DNA of 64,000 nucleotides from Parachlamydiales bacterium (GTDB lineage Bacteria; Chlamydiota; Chlamydiia; Chlamydiales; SM23-39): NCBI GenBank assembly GCA_050302075.1, contig JBNLAH010000003.1, positions 4,484 to 68,483 of the forward strand, read 5' to 3'. Shown piece by piece: positions 45,142 to 54,400 of this stretch (position 1 is its first letter; each line of letters starts with the position of its first letter). The notes under the pieces were generated by a model. It saw only the letters and a program-made list of their open reading frames with translations, ran no database searches and was not told where the DNA came from. The position numbers and the translations under genes were made by a program.

Positions 45142-45912
45142 CTAAACTTCAAAGCCCATTTCTGAATGTGCCTTGTCAAAAATGGACAGAATTGAAGACT
45201 TGCCATTCTCATCTTCTATAGAACGAGCTATTTCACTAACTGCTTGCAAAGTACCTAAAGCCATAGCAAGTTCATCTATTTTATGATAGCCATAGGCTAC
45301 TTGGATAAGCATTAAGCAATTATCTGTCTTATCATTTATAAGAACAGCATTGGCATTTTCTTCTATAAAAGCATTTAAGGCGCTTTCGAATTCCTCAAGC
45401 TCTATGTACTCTAATGCAATAGCATGTAAAGCTTTGCAGATTTCTTTTTTATCACTCAAAGTTGCAATTAAATTCTCTCTAACTTTTAAACCCTCTATTT
45501 GCTGCTGCTTTGAAAATCTAGGTGTCAAAATTTGATTTTCATCTCTCGGTAAATCGCTCTCTGAATCTGATTCAGATAAATCCTCTAAAGAGAAACCTAA
45601 AGTACCTAAATCGAAGCTACCACTTGAAGGGACCTCCATATCTTCTAAAACTTGGTTATCTATTTCAACTTCTAAATAGTCATCTTGAAATTCCTCTTTT
45701 TCAATTAGCTCAAAGTCTTCTTGAGATGGTATCAGGTAGCTTATAATATGATTTTGCAAATCTCTATTATGATCTCCTAAATACTCTCCAATAAGACTAA
45801 TGATATTGTTTGCATCTTCTGTAAAAGAAGTAAAACTATCGGGAGAATAATTAACATCTGAAGTAGATATTGAACTTATATTACCTTTAGAAAAAGACAC
45901 TAAACTTGTCAT
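45142..45912 (-). CDS. Hypothetical acidic protein (Ser-rich N-terminus, helical C-terminal half)
   Basis: 256 aa. N-terminus MTSLVSFSKGNISSISTS. Central Asp/Glu/Ser-rich tract. Helical-repeat-like C-terminus. No family recognised. Confidence 0.45.
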   Translation of the reverse strand: MTSLVSFSKGNISSISTSDVNYSPDSFTSFTEDANNIISLIGEYLGDHNRDLQNHIISYLIPSQEDFELIEKEEFQDDYLEVEIDNQVLEDMEVPSSGSFDLGTLGFSLEDLSESDSESDLPRDENQILTPRFSKQQQIEGLKVRENLIATLSDKKEICKALHAIALEYIELEEFESALNAFIEENANAVLINDKTDNCLMLIQVAYGYHKIDELAMALGTLQAVSEIARSIEDENGKSSILSIFDKAHSEMGFEV

Positions 45913-46065
45913 AAAATATTACCTATTATTATTTTTTTTGGAGCAAGATATATGGCTTAAAGATTGATCACAACAGAAATCAAAAGTTACGAAAAATATT
46001 TCATTGTCTTTTATTTTAGTGAAAATTAGAGTTTACACCTCAACCTATTAAAAGGAGCTTTTATT

Positions 46066-46365
46066 ATGAATCCATTACCCTCTTCGTATTCATTTCCTAG
46101 CGAGCACCAACTTTTTGACTGTATAGCAAGCCATCCCGTGTTAGGAGATACTTCCTCTTACTTTACGAAAAGAAAAGTTACCCAGGCAGTAGTTAAGGCT
46201 TTTGCTGATAAAAAAGACATGTCCTCTTCTGAAATTGAGCCAAGAACTACCGCCGCCATTCGTGAATCAACATTTGTAAGAGGAAATCCTAATATATCAA
46301 TTAGCTTATTGGCAGTTATGCAAATGAGTTTTGCTCAAGCTATAAAAGATTGCGCTAATAAATAA
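46066..46365 (+). CDS. Small hypothetical protein, paralog 2 of a two-member family
   Basis: 99 aa. AAGGAG ribosome-binding site upstream. YSFPSEHQLFDC ... QAIKDCANK, matching 44771..45049. Confidence 0.45.
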   Translation: MNPLPSSYSFPSEHQLFDCIASHPVLGDTSSYFTKRKVTQAVVKAFADKKDMSSSEIEPRTTAAIRESTFVRGNPNISISLLAVMQMSFAQAIKDCANK

Positions 46366-46394
46366 CTGAAAAGCAGCTCTTTTAATAAACTCTG

Positions 46395-46430
46395 AAAAAA
46401 CCTTAAGCAACATTAGGCTTAAGGTTTTTT
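46395..46430. terminator. Bidirectional rho-independent terminator between convergent genes
   Basis: AAAAAA-CCTTAAGC-(loop)-GCTTAAGG-TTTTTT. The stem is 10 bp (aaccttaagc / gcttaaggtt), with an A-tract on one side and a T-tract on the other. Confidence 0.7.
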
Positions 46431-46466
46431 CATTTATTTGCAGAGTTTATTGTCTGACAGTACTTA

Positions 46467-47024
46467 TTAATCATCATCTTTAGGTCCCCAAATTTCAGCT
46501 ATTATCGCAAGCGCTATAGCACAGCATACTAACCCTGAAATTTTTAAAACTGGATTGTGATCAAGGTTACAGCATTCACAAATTGTATTATCATTACCAC
46601 GCCTTTCTAAATTAACAGGGCGTCTTCTCATTTGATGACTTAAATTAGGATGTCTTTGCAAAGAAGAGCTTTCAGATTGTCCTGGATAACATTTTAGTGC
46701 GTTAAAAGCTACTTCCGAAATTTTTATTTGTTTTGGGTTAGATCCAGAAACTTCAGAAATCCCTTTAAAATTACGGTCTACTATAATTTTATCAGATCTA
46801 TTAACTAATCGAACAAGAAAATTAATCCCATCAAGACTTGGATTTTCATTTAGAACTTTTATAGTTTGTTTCTCTCTATCACTAAAATCTGCAGAGTTAT
46901 TTTCTATAAAACTTGCTAGCTGACTTATTACCTGATGTGCGACTTCTATCTTATATTGGGGATTTTCAAGTTCTTCTTGAATATCTATTGCAACATGACC
47001 TAACTGAGATGGCTGTACAGACAT
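46467..47024 (-). CDS. Hypothetical tail-anchored protein with Cys cluster
   Basis: 185 aa. Soluble N-terminal part. CECCNLDH followed by a single C-terminal TM helix (ISGLVCCAIALAIIAEIW). No family recognised. Confidence 0.45.
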   Translation of the reverse strand: MSVQPSQLGHVAIDIQEELENPQYKIEVAHQVISQLASFIENNSADFSDREKQTIKVLNENPSLDGINFLVRLVNRSDKIIVDRNFKGISEVSGSNPKQIKISEVAFNALKCYPGQSESSSLQRHPNLSHQMRRRPVNLERRGNDNTICECCNLDHNPVLKISGLVCCAIALAIIAEIWGPKDDD

Positions 47025-47140
47025 TTTTACTCCTAGTTTTAAAATTAATGAGTTGAATATGCTGCTGAGACTGCGTCTATTTTTTCAAGTTTTATTTAGA
47101 AGCTTAGATGTTCTTTCTAAAGGTAATTTCCATTACTTCT

Positions 47141-48133
47141 TTAAAATTCTTTAAAACTTTTTATCCAATTTATTGCCTCTTTTAAAATCTTTTCGTCATT
47201 TTTTGAGGAGACATATAAATCTGGATTGATTATTTCTGAACAAATTTTTTTATCCCAAGACGCAATTCGAGATGATGTGACAAAAAGAAGAGTCCCGTCA
47301 TTAAGTTCAAACATTTTAGTACTATTAGCAAAACCAGCGGAATACTCCCCAAAGACCTTAGAAAATCTGCTTCTTAAAGCTATCGCTATGATTTCTCCTG
47401 AACTTGCTGTTGATCTACCTATAAGGATTGCAATAATAGGCTTATTACGTTTTACCTCATAATAATTTTTATCAGGCATTGAAAGTTGAACACTGCTACC
47501 CTGTTTCACAGTCCCATTTTCATAGGAAAACGGAATATATTTATTTTCTGAGTCAGTAAAATATCCCAATACTTTGTTTCCAGTAATTGCACCCAGCCCC
47601 AGCAACATCGGCCATAAATTACCGCCCTTATTATTTCTTAAGTCAATAATCCAGCTATTCACATCTGTGCTGTCAATTTTCTTGATAATGTTCTGAAGAT
47701 TTTGAGCATACTCTTGGTTTAATGATATATCCAAGCTTGGACACGAGGGCATGCTTATGTAACCGATTCCCTCTTCTATTAGCTTCCCTCTAATTTCATC
47801 ATTTAGCAGGGAATTTCTCTGACCTACTTGGTTTGGACGAAGTATAAATCCATGCTTATCGCCAACTTTATACAGTAATTGGTTTATTATTGGATAAACT
47901 TCATCAAAGGATTGACATAAGCTTGCCTTACCAAAAAATTCTTTCTCTATTTTCTTCCAATCAACTTGATCCTTGTAAACTGAATGCTTTTTTACAATAG
48001 AGATAACTTCATGTATATAAGCATGCACTTTATGCCTATCAAAAATTCTTAATGAAGAAATCCAAGATAATATCCCAACTACTGATAAAGCTATCATGAA
48101 AAATAAAACATAATAGGCTTTTAAAAATTTCAT
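47141..48133 (-). CDS. Membrane-anchored S41 family serine peptidase (no obvious PDZ; NSR-like architecture)
   Basis: 330 aa. N-terminal TM helix (YYVLFFMIALSVVGILSWI). IIDLRNNKGGNLWP. Catalytic-serine motif GRSTASSGEIIA, typical of S41. Confidence 0.8.
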   Translation of the reverse strand: MKFLKAYYVLFFMIALSVVGILSWISSLRIFDRHKVHAYIHEVISIVKKHSVYKDQVDWKKIEKEFFGKASLCQSFDEVYPIINQLLYKVGDKHGFILRPNQVGQRNSLLNDEIRGKLIEEGIGYISMPSCPSLDISLNQEYAQNLQNIIKKIDSTDVNSWIIDLRNNKGGNLWPMLLGLGAITGNKVLGYFTDSENKYIPFSYENGTVKQGSSVQLSMPDKNYYEVKRNKPIIAILIGRSTASSGEIIAIALRSRFSKVFGEYSAGFANSTKMFELNDGTLLFVTSSRIASWDKKICSEIINPDLYVSSKNDEKILKEAINWIKSFKEF

Positions 48134-48243
48134 AAGGTTTTACATATATTATAAATCAAAAGGTAAACATCACTAGTTGGGAATTATCTTAATTTAAATA
48201 ACTTAGTTTTAATGATTAAAAAGACTTCCAATTAAAAACTATG

Positions 48244-48426
48244 TCATCGAGGGCAACGACCACTACATTCACAACTACAACCACTAGCTGTAACAATTTT
48301 AGTAGGCCCCATATCCATTGCTTTGATCTTAATCTCTTGAATACGTAAATCAAGATCAAAAAAATCTTCATCCTTATTGAGTTCACTAATATATTCATTT
48401 TTAATAGCTATACCACGAATATCCAT
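48244..48426 (-). CDS. Candidate RiPP (lanthipeptide-like) precursor peptide
   Basis: 60 aa from the ATG at 48426, preceded by AAGGGAG at 7-nt spacing. Sequence: MDIRGIAIKNEYISELNKDEDFFDLDLRIQEIKIKAMDMGPTKIVTASGCSCECSGRCPR. Acidic leader with FDLD, and a C-terminal Cys/Ser/Thr-rich core. The ORF track begins at a TTG six codons upstream. Confidence 0.5.
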   Translation of the reverse strand: MDIRGIAIKNEYISELNKDEDFFDLDLRIQEIKIKAMDMGPTKIVTASGCSCECSGRCPR

Positions 48427-48724
48427 AATATTACTCCCTTGCAAATATTAAATTTTTTACCAAACAAGAACTAACGTGGACATGATTTTCTTTCTCAACT
48501 TTTTACTCAAGCTTTTTACATTAAAAAATAATATCCGCACTTAACTCTATTAAAAAAAGCTAAGCAAAACCGACTAGATGTAACTTATTTACGAATTGAA
48601 AAAATGAAACCTGATGCACTGGATCTCAATGGAATGCCACAGATCAAGTTACAGATTTTTTAAAGTTTCTTTGAAAGAGATTAGAAATTGCTATTTGAGT
48701 TTCTTAAATTTCAGAAAAAAGAAA

Positions 48725-48797
48725 TGAGGCTTATTGGGCTCGAACCAATGACCCTCTCCTTAAAAGGGAGATGCTCTACCAACTGAGCTAAAGCCTC
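48725..48797 (-). tRNA. tRNA-Lys (anticodon UUU)
   Basis: 73-nt cloverleaf folded by hand. Acceptor GAGGCTT/AAGCCTC, D stem GCTC/GAGC, anticodon stem TCTCC/GGAGA with loop CTTTTAA, T arm ATTGG-TTCGAGC-CCAAT. No encoded CCA. Confidence 0.9.
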
Positions 48798-48805
48798 GCT
48801 TAAAC

Positions 48806-48880
48806 TGACCCCAAGGGGATTCGAACCCCTGTTGCCGGAATGAAAATCCGGTGTCCTAGGCCGGGCTAGACGATGGGGCC
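48806..48880 (-). tRNA. tRNA-Glu (anticodon UUC)
   Basis: 75 nt. 5' GGCCCCATCGTCTAG..., anticodon stem CCGGA/TCCGG with loop TTTTCAT, T arm AGGGG-TTCGAAT-CCCCT, 3' TGGGGTCA. Confidence 0.9.
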
Positions 48881-48933
48881 TTAAGGCAAATTAGGTTTTA
48901 GATTTTACCTTGGCCACTTAATTTGTTGCAAGT

Positions 48934-49485
48934 TTAAATCTCCATAATTTCTTTTTGCTTCTTATCACAAAGTTCATCTACTTGCTTACAAAAATGATCA
49001 GTGTGCTCTTGTATCTTTTTTTCTAAATGCTTCTGCTCATCTTCTGGCATTTCGCCACCAGATTTTTGTTCCTTTATTAATGCATTATATTTACGCCTTA
49101 CTTCTCTAACAGCAATTTTTGCATCTTCACCCTTTTTTTTACACTGCTTCGCAATTTCCTTCCTCATTTTTTCGTCCATCGGTGGAATATTTATCCTAAC
49201 AGAGTTTCCTTCTACAATAGGAAGCAGGTTTAAATTAGCATTTTCAATTGCTTTGCCAATCGCTTTTGTATTATTTGCATCAAAAGGCGTAATTAACAAT
49301 TGTCTAGGTTCTGGAACAGTAATGTTTGCAATATCTTTTAAACGCATTTTAGCGCCGTAAACTTCTACAACTACAGGATCTAAAACACCCGGATTTGCAC
49401 GAGATGAGCGCAAATTTCTTAGCTCAGATTTTAGGTGATCAATAGATCCTTCCATTTGCTTTTTGACTTGATTTTCAATGCTCAT
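48934..49485 (-). CDS. frr: Ribosome recycling factor
   Basis: 183 aa. Characteristic MEGSIDHLKSELRNLRSSRANPGVLD, ITPFD, LNLLP, NIPP(M)DEKMRKE. Confidence 0.95.
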   Translation of the reverse strand: MSIENQVKKQMEGSIDHLKSELRNLRSSRANPGVLDPVVVEVYGAKMRLKDIANITVPEPRQLLITPFDANNTKAIGKAIENANLNLLPIVEGNSVRINIPPMDEKMRKEIAKQCKKKGEDAKIAVREVRRKYNALIKEQKSGGEMPEDEQKHLEKKIQEHTDHFCKQVDELCDKKQKEIMEI

Positions 49486-49562
49486 ATTATTACTCCTAAA
49501 AAAAAACTTTCCGGGGTTACCAGAAAGTTTAGTAAAGATTAGATTTAAAAGAAATTAATCTT

Positions 49563-50408
49563 TTAAGAAATTGACCAACGCCAAAATCTAGTAACTGATA
49601 ATGACTTGCCTGTTTCTTTTGAACAAGCATCCAAATATGCTTGCACACTAACAGAAGGGTCCTTCACAAATTTTTGTGATAAAAGAGCTACTTGGTCACA
49701 GTAAGCTTTGACTTTACCTTCAACAATCTTTTCAATTACATTAGCCGGCTTTCCTTGGACTTGTGATTTTGCAATCTCTTCTTCTCTTTTAATTATATTC
49801 TCAGGAACGTCATTTTGAGATAGATATTCAGGATCTTCAGCTGCAACATGCATTGCTATGTCTTTTGCTATCTTATCTGCTGAGTTTGAGCCTGAAACTT
49901 CAACTAAGCAAAGTATTTGACCACCCATATGAGAATAAATCCCATAAGAAGAACTTTCGATTTTACTTATAATTTCAACTCTTTTTATCTGAATGTTTTC
50001 TCCAAGTGCTTGAATAGTCACGTTTCTATATTCATCAAGAGTCAAGGTTTTATCTTTAGTATAAGTATCTTGCATTAAAGCTTCTAAACTAGCTGGATTT
50101 GTGTTTGCAGCTTGTTCTGCAACATCTTTTAAGAAAGCTTGAAATTTTTCGTTTTTTACTACAAAGTCAGTTTCAGCTCCAGCTTCAACTAATGCTAAGG
50201 TATTCGCTGTTTCGGCACAATAAATCGCACCCTCTTTAATTTCTCTTCCTTCTTTTTTTACTGCAGAAGCCATTCCTTTTTTTCTCAAATATTCAATCGC
50301 GCGATCAATGTTACCATCCGATTCTACCAAGGCCTCTTTACATTTTGTCATTCCTACGCCAGTTCTTTCCCTTAGCTCCTTGATCATTGCAGCTGTTAAT
50401 TCACTCAT
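49563..50408 (-). CDS. tsf: Translation elongation factor Ts
   Basis: Start at the ATG at 50408 (MSELTAAMIKELRERTGVGMTKCKEAL), overlapping the rpsB stop by 8 nt. The ORF track extends 10 codons further. Confidence 0.9.
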   Translation of the reverse strand: MSELTAAMIKELRERTGVGMTKCKEALVESDGNIDRAIEYLRKKGMASAVKKEGREIKEGAIYCAETANTLALVEAGAETDFVVKNEKFQAFLKDVAEQAANTNPASLEALMQDTYTKDKTLTLDEYRNVTIQALGENIQIKRVEIISKIESSSYGIYSHMGGQILCLVEVSGSNSADKIAKDIAMHVAAEDPEYLSQNDVPENIIKREEEIAKSQVQGKPANVIEKIVEGKVKAYCDQVALLSQKFVKDPSVSVQAYLDACSKETGKSLSVTRFWRWSIS

Positions 50409-51222
50409 TACTCTTTCCCTCTTCTTCTGATTCTTCATTCACTTCTGGAGATTTTTCTGTTTCTCCCATTTTCTCTACTACATTAGTAGAAGATGGCTTC
50501 TCAGAAACATCCCCTTTAGAGATTGCTATATTCATTTCATTCTTCTTATTGATTATTGCTTGAGTTAAAGCATTTAGGATTAATTTAATGCTTTTTAAAG
50601 CATCATCATTACAAGCAATAACGTAATCAATTAGATCAGGATCACAGTTAGTGTCAACTAGTCCAAGTACTGGAATATTCAATTTTCTGGCCTCTTCAAC
50701 TGCTATGTGCTCTTTACTTGGATCTACAACTATTAATAGTCCAGGAGGCTTTCGCATTGATCTGATGCCCGATAGGTTTTTCTCCAATTTAACTTGTTTT
50801 TTTGTTAACTCAGAAAGCTCTTTCTTTGTAAGCCCTTCACCACCAGCAGAAATTCTCTTCTCAATTCGCTCTAATGTCTTTACTGACTGCCTGATAGTTG
50901 TAAGGTTTGTAAGCATGCCACCAAGCCATCTCTCACATACGTAGAATTCCCCTGCTTGTTCAGCTTGATCTTTAACAACTGATTTTGCTTGCTTTTTTGT
51001 GCCAACAAATAAAATAGACTTTCTTTTAGAAACAGCGTCTACAACAACTTTTTCAGCTTCTCTAATTTGCTGAAGAGTTTTTGCTAGGTCTATAATGTAA
51101 ATTCCATTGCGCTCTTCGAAAATATATCGCTTCATTTTCGGGTTCCATCTGCGCTTTTGGTGACCAAAATGAGCACCTGATTCTAATAAATCTTTAATAG
51201 TTACTTCTTCTTTCGCGTTCAA
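50401..51222 (-). CDS. rpsB: 30S ribosomal protein S2
   Basis: 273 aa with a TTG start. LLESGAHFGHQKRRWNPKM, ERWLGGMLTN. Acidic C-terminal tail. Confidence 0.95.
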   Translation of the reverse strand: MNAKEEVTIKDLLESGAHFGHQKRRWNPKMKRYIFEERNGIYIIDLAKTLQQIREAEKVVVDAVSKRKSILFVGTKKQAKSVVKDQAEQAGEFYVCERWLGGMLTNLTTIRQSVKTLERIEKRISAGGEGLTKKELSELTKKQVKLEKNLSGIRSMRKPPGLLIVVDPSKEHIAVEEARKLNIPVLGLVDTNCDPDLIDYVIACNDDALKSIKLILNALTQAIINKKNEMNIAISKGDVSEKPSSTNVVEKMGETEKSPEVNEESEEEGKSNE

Positions 51223-51254
51223 AGTTGTCTATCCTCTATTTTAATTAGTTCGTT

Positions 51255-51325
51255 AGCGCCTGATCAGAATCGAACTGACACAAGTAGCTTGGAAGGCTAC
51301 TGTTCTACCATTGAACTACAGGCGC
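51255..51325 (-). tRNA. tRNA-Gly (anticodon UCC)
   Basis: 71 nt. Acceptor GCGCCTG/CAGGCGC, D arm GTTC-AATGGTA-GAAC, anticodon stem GTAGC/GCTAC with loop CTTCCAA, T arm GTCAG-TTCGATT-CTGAT, discriminator U. Confidence 0.9.
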
Positions 51326-51464
51326 ATGATTTTATCCAAAACCATCAAAAAACCGAAACAACATTTTTACCCTAATAACTATTTTTTTCCAAGGAAAAAT
51401 ATGTTCGACAAACTGCATAATAATTCATTAAATTATTTTTATAGGAAATATTAACTCTTTTATT

Positions 51465-54400
51465 ATGGGCAACAAGGATTTTTTTTCAAAATCTTCGAAA
51501 ATTCTTCGAATTATATTTATTTTTTTATTTTTACTAGTCTTTAGGGTCTGGCACCTTTGTGTTATCCAAAAAGACACAAAAAAAATGGAAGCTAAAGCCC
51601 CTCAAAGACGAATTCTATTAGAAAAAGCACAAAGGGGAACAATAAGAGACCGCTTTGATTTACCCCTTGCAATGAACCGTATTAGGTTTAACGCGGCAAT
51701 TTATTATGAACAAATACTTCAAATCCCTAGAGTAAAGTGGATAGACAAGAATGGTCAAAAGATAAAAACTTTCCCAAGAAAAGATTATATTGATCGGCTA
51801 GCTGCCTTTTTATCACAAGAACTTAGTCTTTCTAAACAAGAACTTGAAGATCAGATTTATGCAAAAGCGACCCTTTTTCCCCATATACCATTTGTACTAA
51901 AAGAAAATATTCCAGAAAAGACTTACTATAAATTGAAATTTTTAGAAAGAAACTGGCCTGGGCTATATGCTGAGATATCATCTACTAGATATTACCCAAA
52001 AAATGAAATAGGCTCTTCAATTATAGGAACCATGGGGGCAATTAATGAAGAAGAGTTTATTTCGAATGCAGAAGAAATAAAAATTTTAGAAAAATACTTA
52101 GAAAAGCAGTTTGATTTAGAGCATGAAGTTCCACCTTTTGGCTATCAAAGCAAACAAGAAGTCCTATCGAGACTAAAAGAACTTAAAGAAAAAGCTTACT
52201 CTGTAAATGATCTGGTCGGTAAGTATGGGATCGAAAAAAAATTTGAACAGCAACTACGCGGCTCTGTCGGCAAAAAACTTTTTGAAGTTGATGTACGAGG
52301 ATCATTCGTTAAAGAATTACCTATACATACCAAGCCAATACCCGGCAATAACATCAAATTGACCATCTCAGCCGAGCTACAGGAATATGCAGAAAAGCTC
52401 TTAGCAATAAGAGAAAAAACAATGGCAGACCTAGGTTCGGATAAATTACCTTGGAGTATTGGTGGAGCCATAGTTGCTGTTGACCCCAACAATGGAGAAG
52501 TCTTAGCTCTTGCCAGTTATCCAAACTACAACCCAAATGATTTCATCCCATCTTCCAACCCACAAGAAAAAACTGAAAAACAAGCGAGGATACTAAAGTG
52601 GCTTGAAACGAAAGAACATATCGGTCAAATCTGGGATGGAAAAAAAGATTTAACGAAAAAAGTTTATGATCCAGATAAAAAAAAATACAGTGAACTTACA
52701 AAAAAAATTAATTGGGACTCTTTTATTACAAGTTTAATATCTGAAAATAATGAAGTTTTCAAAGCTATTAAAAATATAGATACCCTAAAAGCTGCTATCA
52801 GTGTTCAAGAGGACGTTGAGACAATTTTATATTTTACAAAAGCTACAGATGTAGAGCTTCTTTTCGATGTCATATTTCCCAATGATATATCATCAGCCCC
52901 CAAAGCTTCACTTGCTGAAAAAGAACTATTGGCAGAAAAATTAAAAGCTATTTTTAGTTATGTTGACTTCCCCTTAAGACGTCTAAAAGAAATATTCAGA
53001 GGAGTTGTACATAATAAAGACAAATTATTAATTGTTGATATTTTTCGAATTGCTGTTTTTAGTGCTTCTTTTTCAGACGGATTGATTTCTGCTATCAGCG
53101 ATTTAAATATTGGTGACTATTTTGAATATAGTAGACACCTCTTGCATTTTGAAAAACTGATCAAAGACGAGACAAAAAAGATATTCGATGAAACCTACTT
53201 TCAAATATGGAGAGATTACAATTTAACTGATTATCTGAAAGAAAAAAGAAAAGAGGAAAAGAAAAAAAATACCTATGCAAGACCATATACCGATTATATA
53301 GATCAAAAAAAACATGAGTTATTCAAAGCCTTTTGGGAAGAACATAAAGTTGCATTTCAACTTCTAACAATTTTAGGAATAGATGAACTGGGAGATGAGC
53401 ACTTTAAGATTTTTAAAAAATGGCACGAACAGCTAAAAGAAAGCTGCTTTCCAATAAAAAAAACACAAGAGTCATTCCAATCACTATTCCCATTCTTTAG
53501 CCAAATAGATAAAGAACTAGTCAAAGACTTTATAAAAACTGTCCGATGTTTCAATGACCTGAATCGTCCATTATATGGGAAATACAGAAAAGTAACAAAA
53601 AATGAACCGAAAGAAATGGATTTGGCAATGCTAGCATACCCTCATGAAGGATTTGGATACATGCTCTCTTATGCATATCAATGCCCTCTACCTTTAGGTT
53701 CTATTTTCAAGGTTTTAACAGCTTATGAGGCTCTAAGGCAAAACGATGACAAGGTGAGCCATTTTTCCATGATAGATAAAGTGGAAGGATCTAAGGGTAA
53801 TTTTATCGTTGGATATAACTTAAACAACAAACCCTATAAAAGAATCTACAAAAAAGGAAGGCTGCCCAAAAGCACGCACTTAAATATTGGCAAAATAGAC
53901 TTTTTTTCCGCAATGGAGCAATCTAGCAATCCTTATTTTTCAATTTTAGCATCTGATTACATAGCGTCTCCAGAAGACTTGAACTCTGCCGCTTCTAATT
54001 TCGGTTTTGGAGAAAAGACTAAAATTGACTTAGTTGGTGAATATAGAGGAAGCCTCCCTGACGATTTGTCACATAATCGCACAGGTCTTTATTCTTACGC
54101 AATAGGACACCACACCCTTACTGTAACTCCATTGCAGACCGCTTTATTTTTATCGGCAATAGCCAATGAAGGAAAGCTCTATAAACCTAAAATTGTAAGT
54201 CAAATATTGGGATCATACCAAGATTTAGCCGAAAAAGAGGTCTTTTTATACCAAAAGAGTTTGCAGAAACTAGGGATTCATGTTCCTGTTTTTTCTGTTA
54301 ATGATTCTGATAAATTTACTATGGTTCAAGAAATTGCATCTAAAGTATCCAAAAAAATTTTTATGACAAAAAATTTAAAGGATAAGCTTCTAAAGTCAAT

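Noticed and set aside
48216-48398. 60-aa ORF overlapping the RiPP-like precursor in another frame.
   Set aside because: It has no ribosome-binding site and a hydrophobic, low-information sequence. The overlapping frame has a strong SD plus ATG and a structured leader/core organisation.
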